Source of the DNA: an uncultured bacterium
Lineage (GTDB): Bacteria > Abyssobacteria > SURF-5
DNA length: 14,747 nucleotides
Reading direction: 5' to 3'
Assembly: GCA_964510165.1 (NCBI GenBank)
Contig: CAZEBC010000025.1
Coordinates: 16,913 to 31,659, forward strand
The position numbers and the translations under genes are program-made. Positions 1-8,169 of this stretch are shown one piece after another (position 1 is the stretch's first letter; each line of letters opens with the position of its first letter). Under the pieces are notes generated by a model. That model saw only the letters and a program-made list of their open reading frames with translations, was not told where the DNA came from and made no database searches.

Positions 1-97
1 GTTCGGCTCAAGGTACAATAGATTTTAGCCTCGCGGCGGATATCTCGAAAATCAAAAAAATCAAGATTTTAGGGGATTTTTCGCCTATGACACTGGT

Positions 98-189
98 CTG
101 GATTCCCGCTTTCGCAGGAATGACAAAAGGGCGGGAATGATGGATTCCCGCTCCCCGATCGGGTCGAGGACAGGTTTCGCGGGAATGAC
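98..189. repeat. Cluster of REP-like palindromes (CTGGATTCCCGCTTTCGCRGGAATGAC type), one copy interrupted by a second hairpin
   Basis: Full copy ctggattcccgctttcgcaggaatgac at 98-124; half copy gcgggaatga at 131-140; second copy split as tggattcccgc (141-151) + 23-nt insert (152-174) + tttcgcgggaatgac (175-189). Core fits ATTCCC-N8-GGGAAT with one mismatch in the first copy. Confidence 0.85.
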
Positions 190-230
190 AAGAGGGGTGA
201 AGTCTTTCGCGGTGATGTGGGGCCGGTGGC

Positions 231-259
231 TTTCGATTCATCCGGGATTCATATATAAT
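231..259 (+). promoter_or_regulatory. Possible sigma70 promoter of nrdJ
   Basis: Exact TATAAT at 254-259 in an AT-rich patch just upstream of the ATG at 283. The -35 at 17-nt spacing (tttcga, 231-236) is a poor match. Confidence 0.4.
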
Positions 260-282
260 GATTATGTGAGGGGGGCACAGGA

Positions 283-2607
283 ATGACGATGGTGAAGAGC
301 AAGAAGAAAACGACGCGGAAGACTCAAGCAGGCAGCGTCCCGCCGCCGAAAGCCAGGATCGAGTTCACTGTCAACGCCCTTAAGGTGTTGGAAAAGCGGT
401 ACTTGAAGAAGGATGATGACGGCAAGCCGGTAGAGCGTCCCGAGGATATGTTCTGGCGGGTGGCGCGGACCATCGCCGCTGTTGATAGGCTGTATGATGC
501 GAATGCCGACGAGATGGCGACGGCAAAAGAGTTCTATCACCTGATGGCTAACATGGAGTTCATGCCGAACTCGCCCACGCTGATGAACGCGGGCCGCGAG
601 CTGGGGCAGCTTTCGGCGTGTTTCGTGCTTCCGATTGAGGACTCAATGGACAGCATCTTCGAGGCGGTAAAAAACACCGCGCTCATTCACAAGAGCGGCG
701 GCGGGACGGGCTTTTCATTTTCACGCATACGTCCGAAGAACGACACGGTGCTTTCGACGAAGGGGATCTCGAGCGGTCCGATCTCGTTCATGAAAGTGTT
801 CGACATGGCGACGGAGACGATCAAGCAGGGCGGCACGCGCCGAGGGGCGAACATGGGCATATTGCGCGTGGACCATCCGGACATTCTGGAGTTCATTGTC
901 GCCAAGGAGAACGAGAGCCAGCTCAATAACTTCAATATTTCGGTCGCAATCACCGACGCGTTCATGCGAGCCGTTGAAAAGGACGACACCTATCCTCTGG
1001 TCAATCCGCGGACGGGCGAGGTAGTGAACCGGCTGAAGGCGCGCGAGGTGTTCGACAAGATCGTGGCGCATGCGTGGCTTAACGGCGACCCGGGCGTCGT
1101 GTTCATTGACCGGATCAACGCCGGCAACCCGACGCCGAAAGTCGGCGCGATCGAGAGCACGAATCCGTGCGGCGAACAGCCGCTGCTGCCGTATGAGTCG
1201 TGCAATCTTGGTTCGATCAACCTGGCCAAGATGGTCGTCAAGCGCAACAGTCATTACGAGATAGATTTTCCGAAGCTCGCGCGAACGGTGCGCACGGCGG
1301 TTCATTTCCTCGACAACGTGGTTGACATCAACAATTATCCGCTGCCGATCATCCGCGAGATGACGCAGGCCAACCGCAAGATCGGCCTCGGGATCATGGG
1401 CTTCGCGGATATGCTGATCCGGCTGAAGGTCCCGTACAATTCCGACAAGGCGCTCAAGGTGGCCGAGGAGGTCATGTCGTTCATCCAGAACAAAGCGCAT
1501 GACGAATCCTCGAGGATCGCGGAGGCGCGCGGCTCATTCCCGAATTATGACAAGAGCATCTATGCTGGGTCGGGCCGGCCGATGCGCAATGCGACCGTGA
1601 CGACCGTCGCTCCGACGGGCACCATCAGCATCATCTCGGGCTGTTCGAGCGGGATCGAGCCGATATTCGCGATTGCGTTCACGCGGCACGTGCTCGACAA
1701 GGAAGAGCTGATCGAGGTGCATCCGTTGTTCCGGCAGGAGGCGAAGGAGCGAGGGTTCTTCTCGCCGCAACTGATGAAGCGGATAACGGAGAGCGGCGGC
1801 ATCAAGGACCTGGCGGAGATACCGTCGGACATCAAGGAAATCTACGTGACCGCGCACGACGTGGCGCCGGAATGGCACGTGCGGATGCAGGCTGCGTTCC
1901 AGCTTCACACCGACAATGCAGTTTCGAAGACCGTGAATTTCCCGAACAGCGCCACCAAAGAAGACGTGGAGAAGGTGTACCGGCTTGCGTACAGCCTGAA
2001 CTGTAAGGGAGTGACGATTTTCCGCGACGGCAGCCGAAGCGACCAGGTGTGGACGAAGAGCACCACCAAGAAAGCTGCGACTGTAACGGGCGACGGCGAG
2101 ATACAGCCGCGCCCGCGCGCGACCGTGACGCAGGGAACGACCGAGAAGGTGGTCATCGGCTGCGGGAACCTCTACGTGACCGTCAATTCCGACGATTGCG
2201 GCATCTGCGAGGTGTTCACCAGCACCGGCCGGGCTGGCGGCTGTCCGTCACAGTCGGAGGCGACGAGCCGGCTCGTGTCGCTCTCGCTGAGGTCGGGCAT
2301 CAGCGTAGACGCGCTCATCGAGCAGCTCAAGGGAATTCGCTGCCTGTCCACCGTCGCGGCCAAACGCAACAACCCCGAGATACGCTGCCTGTCGTGTCCG
2401 GACGCCATCGGCCGCGCGATCGAGAAGTATACCAAGCATCCCAACCGCCAGATCGCTGAACTCAACGGCGAACCTGAGCCTGTGGAGAAGGCTGCCGCCC
2501 CGAAACAGCAGATGGTGGCTGCGGCCTGCCCCGATTGCGGCGCCCAGATTGAGCGCGAGGGCGGCTGCATCGTGTGCCGCGCCTGCGGTTATTCGAAGTG
2601 CAACTGA
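283..2607 (+). CDS. nrdJ: Vitamin B12-dependent (class II) ribonucleotide reductase with C-terminal TSCPD domain and Zn ribbon
   Basis: 774 aa. Motifs [38 protein letters not shown], catalytic [40 protein letters not shown]-terminal LSCPD and CPDC-x10-CxxC-GYSKC. No ATP cone and no beta-subunit gene nearby. Start may be 283 or 289; each has a purine-rich RBS. Confidence 0.95.
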   Translation: MTMVKSKKKTTRKTQAGSVPPPKARIEFTVNALKVLEKRYLKKDDDGKPVERPEDMFWRVARTIAAVDRLYDANADEMATAKEFYHLMANMEFMPNSPTLMNAGRELGQLSACFVLPIEDSMDSIFEAVKNTALIHKSGGGTGFSFSRIRPKNDTVLSTKGISSGPISFMKVFDMATETIKQGGTRRGANMGILRVDHPDILEFIVAKENESQLNNFNISVAITDAFMRAVEKDDTYPLVNPRTGEVVNRLKAREVFDKIVAHAWLNGDPGVVFIDRINAGNPTPKVGAIESTNPCGEQPLLPYESCNLGSINLAKMVVKRNSHYEIDFPKLARTVRTAVHFLDNVVDINNYPLPIIREMTQANRKIGLGIMGFADMLIRLKVPYNSDKALKVAEEVMSFIQNKAHDESSRIAEARGSFPNYDKSIYAGSGRPMRNATVTTVAPTGTISIISGCSSGIEPIFAIAFTRHVLDKEELIEVHPLFRQEAKERGFFSPQLMKRITESGGIKDLAEIPSDIKEIYVTAHDVAPEWHVRMQAAFQLHTDNAVSKTVNFPNSATKEDVEKVYRLAYSLNCKGVTIFRDGSRSDQVWTKSTTKKAATVTGDGEIQPRPRATVTQGTTEKVVIGCGNLYVTVNSDDCGICEVFTSTGRAGGCPSQSEATSRLVSLSLRSGISVDALIEQLKGIRCLSTVAAKRNNPEIRCLSCPDAIGRAIEKYTKHPNRQIAELNGEPEPVEKAAAPKQQMVAAACPDCGAQIEREGGCIVCRACGYSKCN

Positions 2608-2643
2608 GCGGAGAAGCGGGTCGGCGAGGTTGTCCCACAATCG

Positions 2644-2706
2644 TGTAGGTGCAAGTCCATTCGCATACCTGCGGGAAAAAGAACGTCCGAATGAATTCGC
2701 ACCTCC
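2644..2706. repeat. Inverted pair of GTAG-type REP elements (REPIN-like doublet)
   Basis: tgtaggtgcaagtccattcgcat (2644-2666) and the inverted copy gtccgaatgaattcgcacctcc (2685-2706; reverse complement ggaggtgcgaattcattcggac), 18 nt apart. The same core recurs at 9277-9294. Confidence 0.8.
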
Positions 2707-2771
2707 TCCAAATTTTCCGCATGCCCCCAACTTTCGCAAAGACGATTTTGTATGAATTGACATGAAGTGTA

Positions 2772-2799
2772 TTGACAAGAATGCGGTATGCGATATAAT
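2772..2799 (+). promoter_or_regulatory. Consensus sigma70 promoter for the hydrolase gene
   Basis: TTGACA (2772-2777) - 16 nt - TATAAT (2794-2799). A second TTGACA lies at 2757-2762. RBS GGAGG at 2841-2845 precedes ATG 2856. Confidence 0.85.
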
Positions 2800-2855
2800 T
2801 AGGGCACAGCAAACCCCTACTCGAACTCAAGGCGCACACCGGAGGAATCGCCATC

Positions 2856-4175
2856 ATGAGGAGATTCGCCCGTAGTCTCGCCGCTTTCCTCTTCCTATCT
2901 GCATGTTCCGTTTCCGCTTTTGCGGAGTCAAATACGGTCCGTGATTTGGCCCTGAAACGGGAGCTGATCCGGCAAAACAGAGAAGCGGGAAGTCCGCTGA
3001 CCTTGCAGGAAGTAGAAGCGTTTCATGCGTTCCTCACGGAACCCAAGGCGGAGATTCGGCAAACGCCGAGCATCGAGGTTGGGTTGTATGATTCGCCGGG
3101 CGCGGCGACCGCCCGTACGAACCCGCTGGGCAGCCGCATCCCGCTCATCCTTGTGCACGGAAGCGGCAGCGATATCCTGAGCGACGGCGAGTATGGCAGG
3201 GAGCTCAACGATCTGGAGCGGTGGATAGACTACGTCCGCGCGTTCAACGCGGACCCCGAGTTTTCCAGCCGCTACAAAGTGTACCGCTTCGTGTACGACA
3301 GCCAATTGGGCATCGAGCAGAACGGCGCGAACCTCGTGACCGTCCTCGACACGCTCACCAGTTACCCCGGCTGGGAGAGTGAGAATCTCGACGGTAAGAA
3401 CTTCGTCATCCTGGCGCACAGCATGGGAGGCCTGGTTTCGCGCGCCGCGATGAACATGCAGTTTTCGCTCGGGGTGGACGCCGGCCATTATTTCGGCGAC
3501 CATGTCATCAATCTGGTCACGCTTGGGACGCCGCACCGAGGCTCGCCGCTGGCGATTCCCGCGTGGGTGTACGACAGCGTCAAGCGCGGCTCGATGATGA
3601 CCGAACTTGAATTCCACTATTCGTATGAGCTTCACTACGGGTTCGATCCGACGGAGGGCGAATTCGATCTGGCGTGGGATAATTACGATGACGGCGTGCC
3701 CCAGACTGACATCACCACCTATCAGCATCTGCTGATACCGGTCTTGAAGAAAGTTGGTGGCGGACGCGACCAGCATGAGGAGTCGGTGTTTACGCCGTAT
3801 CCGGCCGTGCTGAACGCTGCCGATGCGTTTACGGGCAAGCTGATCGCGTATTGCGCGCAGAATCCGCCCCAGGGAGACGTCGATACGCTGCTGGACCTGA
3901 TGTTCTACTACACCCTCGGATTGTTGAACGAACACCATCTGCTGGGGTTTACGAGCAACAAGTTGGCCGGCCTGATAGCGGGCGACATCGGGGAGGGAAA
4001 CCTGAAACCGTACGGCGATAACGACGGTCTCGTCCCCTTCGCCAGCGCCGTATTTGACGGCGAAACCGTGGCGCAGGTCTATACCCTCGCCAACAGCGAC
4101 CATCTCAGCCTGCTCGACAAGTCGCAGGTGATCACAACTGTCAAGACCAAGCTGATTTCGATCGCTATGCCGTGA
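2856..4175 (+). CDS. Secreted alpha/beta-hydrolase (lipase/esterase, PGAP1-like)
   Basis: 439 aa. Signal peptide MRRFARSLAAFLFLSACSVSAFA; oxyanion motif LILVHG; nucleophile elbow ILAHSMGGL (Ser189); VTLGTPHRGS; candidate catalytic Asp in NDGLVP and His in SDHL. Confidence 0.85.
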   Translation: MRRFARSLAAFLFLSACSVSAFAESNTVRDLALKRELIRQNREAGSPLTLQEVEAFHAFLTEPKAEIRQTPSIEVGLYDSPGAATARTNPLGSRIPLILVHGSGSDILSDGEYGRELNDLERWIDYVRAFNADPEFSSRYKVYRFVYDSQLGIEQNGANLVTVLDTLTSYPGWESENLDGKNFVILAHSMGGLVSRAAMNMQFSLGVDAGHYFGDHVINLVTLGTPHRGSPLAIPAWVYDSVKRGSMMTELEFHYSYELHYGFDPTEGEFDLAWDNYDDGVPQTDITTYQHLLIPVLKKVGGGRDQHEESVFTPYPAVLNAADAFTGKLIAYCAQNPPQGDVDTLLDLMFYYTLGLLNEHHLLGFTSNKLAGLIAGDIGEGNLKPYGDNDGLVPFASAVFDGETVAQVYTLANSDHLSLLDKSQVITTVKTKLISIAMP

Positions 4176-4206
4176 TGAGGACGGTTTAGGGCTGGTTTTT
4201 GGCTCG

Positions 4207-4284
4207 AATCAGCGGGAATCAGCGTAATCTGCGGATAGCACATCTTTCATTTGTGACATTCGTGCGATTCCTCTTATTCGTGCT
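4207..4284. repeat. Two short-period tandem repeat tracts
   Basis: aatcagcggg / aatcagcgt / aatctgcgg at 4207-4234; atttgtgac / attcgtgcg / attcctctt / attcgtgct at 4249-4284 (four 9-bp units). Confidence 0.6.
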
Positions 4285-4323
4285 CCCACGCTTTTCGTAG
4301 TGAAATCCTACCCATTGCCCTGA

Positions 4324-4352
4324 TTGCAAACGCTGGAGGCTTTTATTATAAT
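4324..4352 (+). promoter_or_regulatory. sigma70 promoter of the pyk-bsh operon
   Basis: TTGCAA (4324-4329) - 17 nt - TATAAT (4347-4352). RBS GGAG at 4394-4397 precedes ATG 4402. Confidence 0.75.
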
Positions 4353-4401
4353 TAGCCAACGTCGAGCGTCTCCCTGCATCCCGTCATTTCAATGGAGACC
4401 A

Positions 4402-5859
4402 ATGCGTCGGACCAAGATAGTAGCGACAATCGGGCCAAGTTCGAGCGATGAGGACGCGCTCCGCCGGATACTCGCGGCGGGCATGGACGCGGCCCGGCTC
4501 AACTTCTCTCATGGGACGCATGAGAGCCACAAGCGCAGCTACGACCTCATCCGCAAGCTGGCATCCGAACTCGACACGCCGGTCGCCATCATCGCAGACC
4601 TGCAAGGCCCGAAAATCCGGACCGGCGAGCTGGCGGGCGAGCCGCTGCGTCTGAAAAAGGGTGGCGAACTGGTCATCACCACGCGTCCGATGAAGGGCCA
4701 CGACGGCATCATCTCAACCACATACGGGCGGCTTCACAAGGATGTCGAACCGGGCGACAGAGTTCTGCTCGATGACGGCGCGATGGAAGCCCGCGTTACG
4801 AAGGTCGAGGGCCGCGACATTCATTGCCAGGTGGCGTGGGGCGGCACGCTCGGCGCTCACAAGGGGATCAACCTGCCGGAGGTCAAGATATCGGAACATG
4901 CGCCGACGCGCAAGGATTTGGAGGACGCCCGGTTTGCGACCTCGCTCGGGGTGGATTATCTGGCGATGAGCTTTGTGCGCCGGGCGGACGACATAGCTCG
5001 CCTCAAGAAGTATCTGAGGCGGCACGGCGCGGACACGCCTGTCATCGCCAAGATCGAGAAGCCGGAAGCGCTTGAGAACATAGATGCGATAATCAAGGCG
5101 TCCGACGGCATCATGATTGCGCGGGGCGACCTTGGCGTTGAGATGCCGCCGGAGAAAGTGCCGCAGATACAGAAGGACCTGATTGCGAGGTGCATCGAAG
5201 CGGGCAGGCCGGTCATCACCGCCACTCAGATGCTTGAGTCCATGATAGAACGCTCGACGCCGACGCGGGCCGAGGCGTCGGACGTGGTCAACGCCATTTA
5301 CGACGGAACCGGCGCAGTCATGCTCTCGGGCGAGACGGCCATAGGGAAATACCCGGTCAATGCGGTCAGGATGATGGCGCGCATCGCGGAAGAGGCCGAC
5401 ACCTACGTGGCGGAGGAGCAGAAGAAGGAGTTTCGGCACCGACAGGTGATTGACAGCTTCGAGGACGCGATCGGGCAGGCAACGCAGACCACAGCACGCC
5501 ATTTGCCGACCCGGCTGATAGTGTGCTTCACGTCGTCCGGGTTCACGGCGTTACAGGTGTCGAGCTATCGGCCGTCGGTCCCGATAATCGCGGCCACGCA
5601 TTCCTGCGATTTGCCGCCGCGCATGAACCTGTACTGGGGAGTGCACCCGATCTGCGTGGAGAAGGCCAGCACCGTTGATGAGATGATCGCCCGGGTGGAA
5701 GATGAACTGCTCGATCGGAGAATGGTAAAGCCGGGTGACAGCATAATCATCACCGCCGGCTATCCGCTGGCCGTTCCGGGTACTACCAACATGATGCAAT
5801 TGGTGCGCGTGGGCCGGCACGGGTCGGCGCACCGACCGACAAGGAGGAAGCGGAGATAA
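4402..5859 (+). CDS. pyk: Pyruvate kinase
   Basis: 485 aa from ATG 4402 (MRRTKIVATIGPSS). Motifs ARLNFSHG, DLQGPKIRTG, KGINLP, IAKIEK, DGIMIARGDLGVE, ITATQMLESM, PTRAEASDV, VMLSGETA, C-terminal GTTN. The ORF-track start at 4324 is the -35 hexamer, not the real start. Confidence 0.97.
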   Translation: MRRTKIVATIGPSSSDEDALRRILAAGMDAARLNFSHGTHESHKRSYDLIRKLASELDTPVAIIADLQGPKIRTGELAGEPLRLKKGGELVITTRPMKGHDGIISTTYGRLHKDVEPGDRVLLDDGAMEARVTKVEGRDIHCQVAWGGTLGAHKGINLPEVKISEHAPTRKDLEDARFATSLGVDYLAMSFVRRADDIARLKKYLRRHGADTPVIAKIEKPEALENIDAIIKASDGIMIARGDLGVEMPPEKVPQIQKDLIARCIEAGRPVITATQMLESMIERSTPTRAEASDVVNAIYDGTGAVMLSGETAIGKYPVNAVRMMARIAEEADTYVAEEQKKEFRHRQVIDSFEDAIGQATQTTARHLPTRLIVCFTSSGFTALQVSSYRPSVPIIAATHSCDLPPRMNLYWGVHPICVEKASTVDEMIARVEDELLDRRMVKPGDSIIITAGYPLAVPGTTNMMQLVRVGRHGSAHRPTRRKRR

Positions 5860-7457
5860 TGGCGCAGGTACGCGAATTGTTCCTCGATTACTGCAATGAT
5901 TTTCAGAGGCTCCGTCAATTCTTCCGGTATGACCCGCGCGCGCTTCCCGCCGCCATCAGCGAGCTTCGCGGCACGCAGCAGCGGCATTTCAATGAAGACC
6001 ATCTCAACGAGATAAAGCTTTACAACAAGCGGATGGATTGCGGCGAGGAGACGCTTCGCAACATTGACAAGCTCGGCAAGAACGGCACGCTCGCGGTCGT
6101 CACGGGCCAGCAGCCGGGCATCTTCACGGGGCCGCTCTACACGATCTACAAGACTCTCACGGCGATTAAGCTCGCGAAGCACATCAGCGCCACGTTCGAG
6201 GTCGAGGCAGTTCCCGTGTTCTGGAACGCGTCTGAGGACCACGATTTTGAAGAAGTGCGGCACGTCGAGTTCATCAACCGCGATGACCGCGTCATAAGCC
6301 TGCTATACGAACCGCAGGCCGACATCGAGCGGAAATCCATTTTCGACATCCCGCTTGAGCCGTCTCTCGGTTTTCTGATTGACCTCATGGCCGGGGACAC
6401 GAGCGAGAGCGAGTTCAAGTCGTTCCTCATCGATCTGTTGAGGAATTCGCTCGGCCGCTGTTACTCGCTTGCCGATTGGTTTTCAAACCTGATGCAGGCA
6501 TTGTTCGGGGAATACGGGCTTATCATCCTTGACGCGCATCTGCCGCCCTGCCGCCAGTTGGCGCGGCCGGTAATCGGGCGCGAGATCAAGATGCCGACCC
6601 GCTCGTCCCGGCTGATTAACGAGACGGGCGCCCAGCTTCGCGCGCTTGGGTATCATCAACAGATAGAGCGTCAGCCCGACGACGTGAACTTCTTCTTCTA
6701 CGCACAAGGAAGAAGGAACAAAGTGCGCTTCAGGCAGGGCAACTTCGTGGTGGACAGCATCGGCCTGCAATACGACCAGACCGAGATGCTCGACATGCTG
6801 GCGGAGGAACCGCAGCGGTTCAGCCCGAGCGCGGCGCTGAGGCCGCTTGTGCAGGACCATATCCTGCCGACCGCCGCTTACGTTGGCGGCCCCGGCGAGA
6901 TATCGTACTTCGCGCAGATGAGAAACGTATATTCGTTCTTCGACCTGGTGATGCCCGTCATATTTCCGAGGGCGCGCGTGACGCTAGTCGAGGCGCGAAT
7001 GGCGAAAATCCTGGAGCGCTACGGACTGCACGTAAATGATGCGAACAAGAGCCGGAAAGACCTGCTCCAGACGGTGCTTTCACAGAAACTGACCAGTCCG
7101 GTCATCCAATCGTGCGACCGCAAACTCGAGGTGATCCAGGTGGTCCTCGACGAGTTCAGGCGCGAGGTGGGCGAGGTTGACCCGACGCTGGTGGAACCCG
7201 TGGACAAGCTGAAGCGCAAGATCGGTTACGAGATGGACAAGCTGCGGGACCGGCTGGCGCAATCGCAGGACCAGGACTTCGAGGTGGCGGAGCAGCAGGT
7301 GGACAAGTTGCGGGCGCACCTGTTCCCCGAGGGCAAGGAGCAGGAGCGCGTGCTCAACATATTCCCCTACCTCTTTCAACATGGCGTTCAATTGATAGCA
7401 ATTCTCGAGAAGAAGCTCGACATTATGAGTTTTGAGAGGAACGTCATCTATGTCTGA
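5859..7457 (+). CDS. bshC: Bacillithiol biosynthesis cysteine-adding enzyme BshC
   Basis: 532 aa. Motifs VVTGQQPGIFTGPLYTIYK, VFWNASEDHDFEEV, RFSPSAALRPLVQD, LPTAAYVGGPGEISYFAQ, C-terminal coiled coil and PEGKEQER. TAATG overlap with pyk; AGGAGG at 5842-5847. Confidence 0.95.
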   Translation: MAQVRELFLDYCNDFQRLRQFFRYDPRALPAAISELRGTQQRHFNEDHLNEIKLYNKRMDCGEETLRNIDKLGKNGTLAVVTGQQPGIFTGPLYTIYKTLTAIKLAKHISATFEVEAVPVFWNASEDHDFEEVRHVEFINRDDRVISLLYEPQADIERKSIFDIPLEPSLGFLIDLMAGDTSESEFKSFLIDLLRNSLGRCYSLADWFSNLMQALFGEYGLIILDAHLPPCRQLARPVIGREIKMPTRSSRLINETGAQLRALGYHQQIERQPDDVNFFFYAQGRRNKVRFRQGNFVVDSIGLQYDQTEMLDMLAEEPQRFSPSAALRPLVQDHILPTAAYVGGPGEISYFAQMRNVYSFFDLVMPVIFPRARVTLVEARMAKILERYGLHVNDANKSRKDLLQTVLSQKLTSPVIQSCDRKLEVIQVVLDEFRREVGEVDPTLVEPVDKLKRKIGYEMDKLRDRLAQSQDQDFEVAEQQVDKLRAHLFPEGKEQERVLNIFPYLFQHGVQLIAILEKKLDIMSFERNVIYV

Positions 7458-8169
7458 GAATGTGCTCGACGTGCTCGCTTTCGGGGCACATCCGGACGAC
7501 GTGGACATGACCTCGGGCGGATTGCTGTGCCGCATGGTTGACAGCGGGCTTCGCGTCGGCATCGTTGACCTGACTCGCGGCGAACTCGGCACGCGCGGCA
7601 CTCCGGAGATTCGCACCCAGGAAGCGCAGGCGGCGGCCAGAATCCTCGGTGTCAGAGTGCGGGAATGCCTTGACATGCCGGACGCGGGCGTCCGCAACAC
7701 GCTGGGGGCGCGACTCGCGGTTATCGAGGTGTTGCGGAAGTATCGGCCTCCTCTCATCATCATCCCCTACTGGGAATGCAATCATCCCGACCACGCCAAC
7801 ACGGGCGTGCTTGTGAAGGAGGCGGCATACCTGGCCGGATTGAACAAGATCGAGACGGGCCAGGAGCGGTTTCGTCCGAAGCGAGTCATCCATTACATGA
7901 CCCACTACCGCTTCGAGCCGTCCTTCATTGTGCCCATTGACGAATACTTCGAGCGCAAGATGGCGGCGGTAAGAGCACACGCCTCGCAATTTTACCGACC
8001 GGACGCGGCGGAACCGGAGACCCGCATCTCGCAGCCGGGCTTTCTTGACCTGCTGGCATTGAGAGACCGGACCTACGGCTCGATGATAGACGCGATGTAC
8101 GGCGAGCCTTACTATATGCGCGGCATGCTCCGGATCGAAAACCCCTTTGACCTGTGGTGTCGCACATGA
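7450..8169 (+). CDS. bshB1: N-acetylglucosaminyl-malate deacetylase BshB1 (PIG-L family)
   Basis: 239 aa from ATG 7450 (RBS gagagga at 7434-7440; 8-nt overlap with bshC). Motifs DVLAFGAHPDD, DLTRGELGTRGTPEIR, HPDH, AHASQF, YGEPY. Lies between bshC and bshA. Confidence 0.93.
   Translation: MSENVLDVLAFGAHPDDVDMTSGGLLCRMVDSGLRVGIVDLTRGELGTRGTPEIRTQEAQAAARILGVRVRECLDMPDAGVRNTLGARLAVIEVLRKYRPPLIIIPYWECNHPDHANTGVLVKEAAYLAGLNKIETGQERFRPKRVIHYMTHYRFEPSFIVPIDEYFERKMAAVRAHASQFYRPDAAEPETRISQPGFLDLLALRDRTYGSMIDAMYGEPYYMRGMLRIENPFDLWCRT

Noticed and set aside
8-241. 77-aa minus-strand ORF containing VIPAKAGIQ
   Set aside because: That peptide is the translation of the palindromic repeat; there is no RBS or domain evidence.
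249-268. Possible NrdR box upstream of nrdJ (tcatatataatga; also caatagattt at 16-25)
   Set aside because: Neither fits the CwAtATaTwG core in spacing and end bases, and no tandem second box is present. The first is better read as a -10 element.
190-282. Cobalamin riboswitch before the B12-dependent RNR
   Set aside because: The gggaa matches nearby belong to the repeats; no B12 box is visible and there is too little space.
283-2607. Intein or intron in nrdJ
   Set aside because: The ORF is continuous, the catalytic motifs are normally spaced, and no intein terminal or LAGLIDADG motifs are seen.
2661-2793. 9-bp inverted repeat tcgcatacc (2661-2669) / ggtatgcga (2785-2793)
   Set aside because: Short, 115 nt apart, and one arm overlaps a REP copy; consistent with chance.
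2801-2845. c-di-GMP-I riboswitch-like start (gcaaacc) in the hydrolase leader
   Set aside because: It lacks the GNRA-capped P2 stem, the GCAAAG segment and the P3 stem, and the leader is too short.
2928-4103. 391-aa antisense ORF opposite the hydrolase, and the other long antisense or alternate-frame ORFs (e.g. 721-1500, 4714-5502, 8112-8831, 13643-14293)
   Set aside because: They fully overlap well-supported genes, have no recognisable motifs, and are expected shadows of GC-rich codon usage.
4324-4401. N-terminal extensions in the ORF track for pyk (4324), bshB1 (7432) and bshA (8154)
   Set aside because: Family similarity begins at the downstream ATGs (4402, 7450, 8166), which have an RBS or stop-start overlap.
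5820-5859. Basic RRKRR tail on pyruvate kinase as a functional motif
   Set aside because: It is encoded by the purine-rich RBS of the overlapping bshC start (AGGAGGAAGCGGAGA), which explains it.
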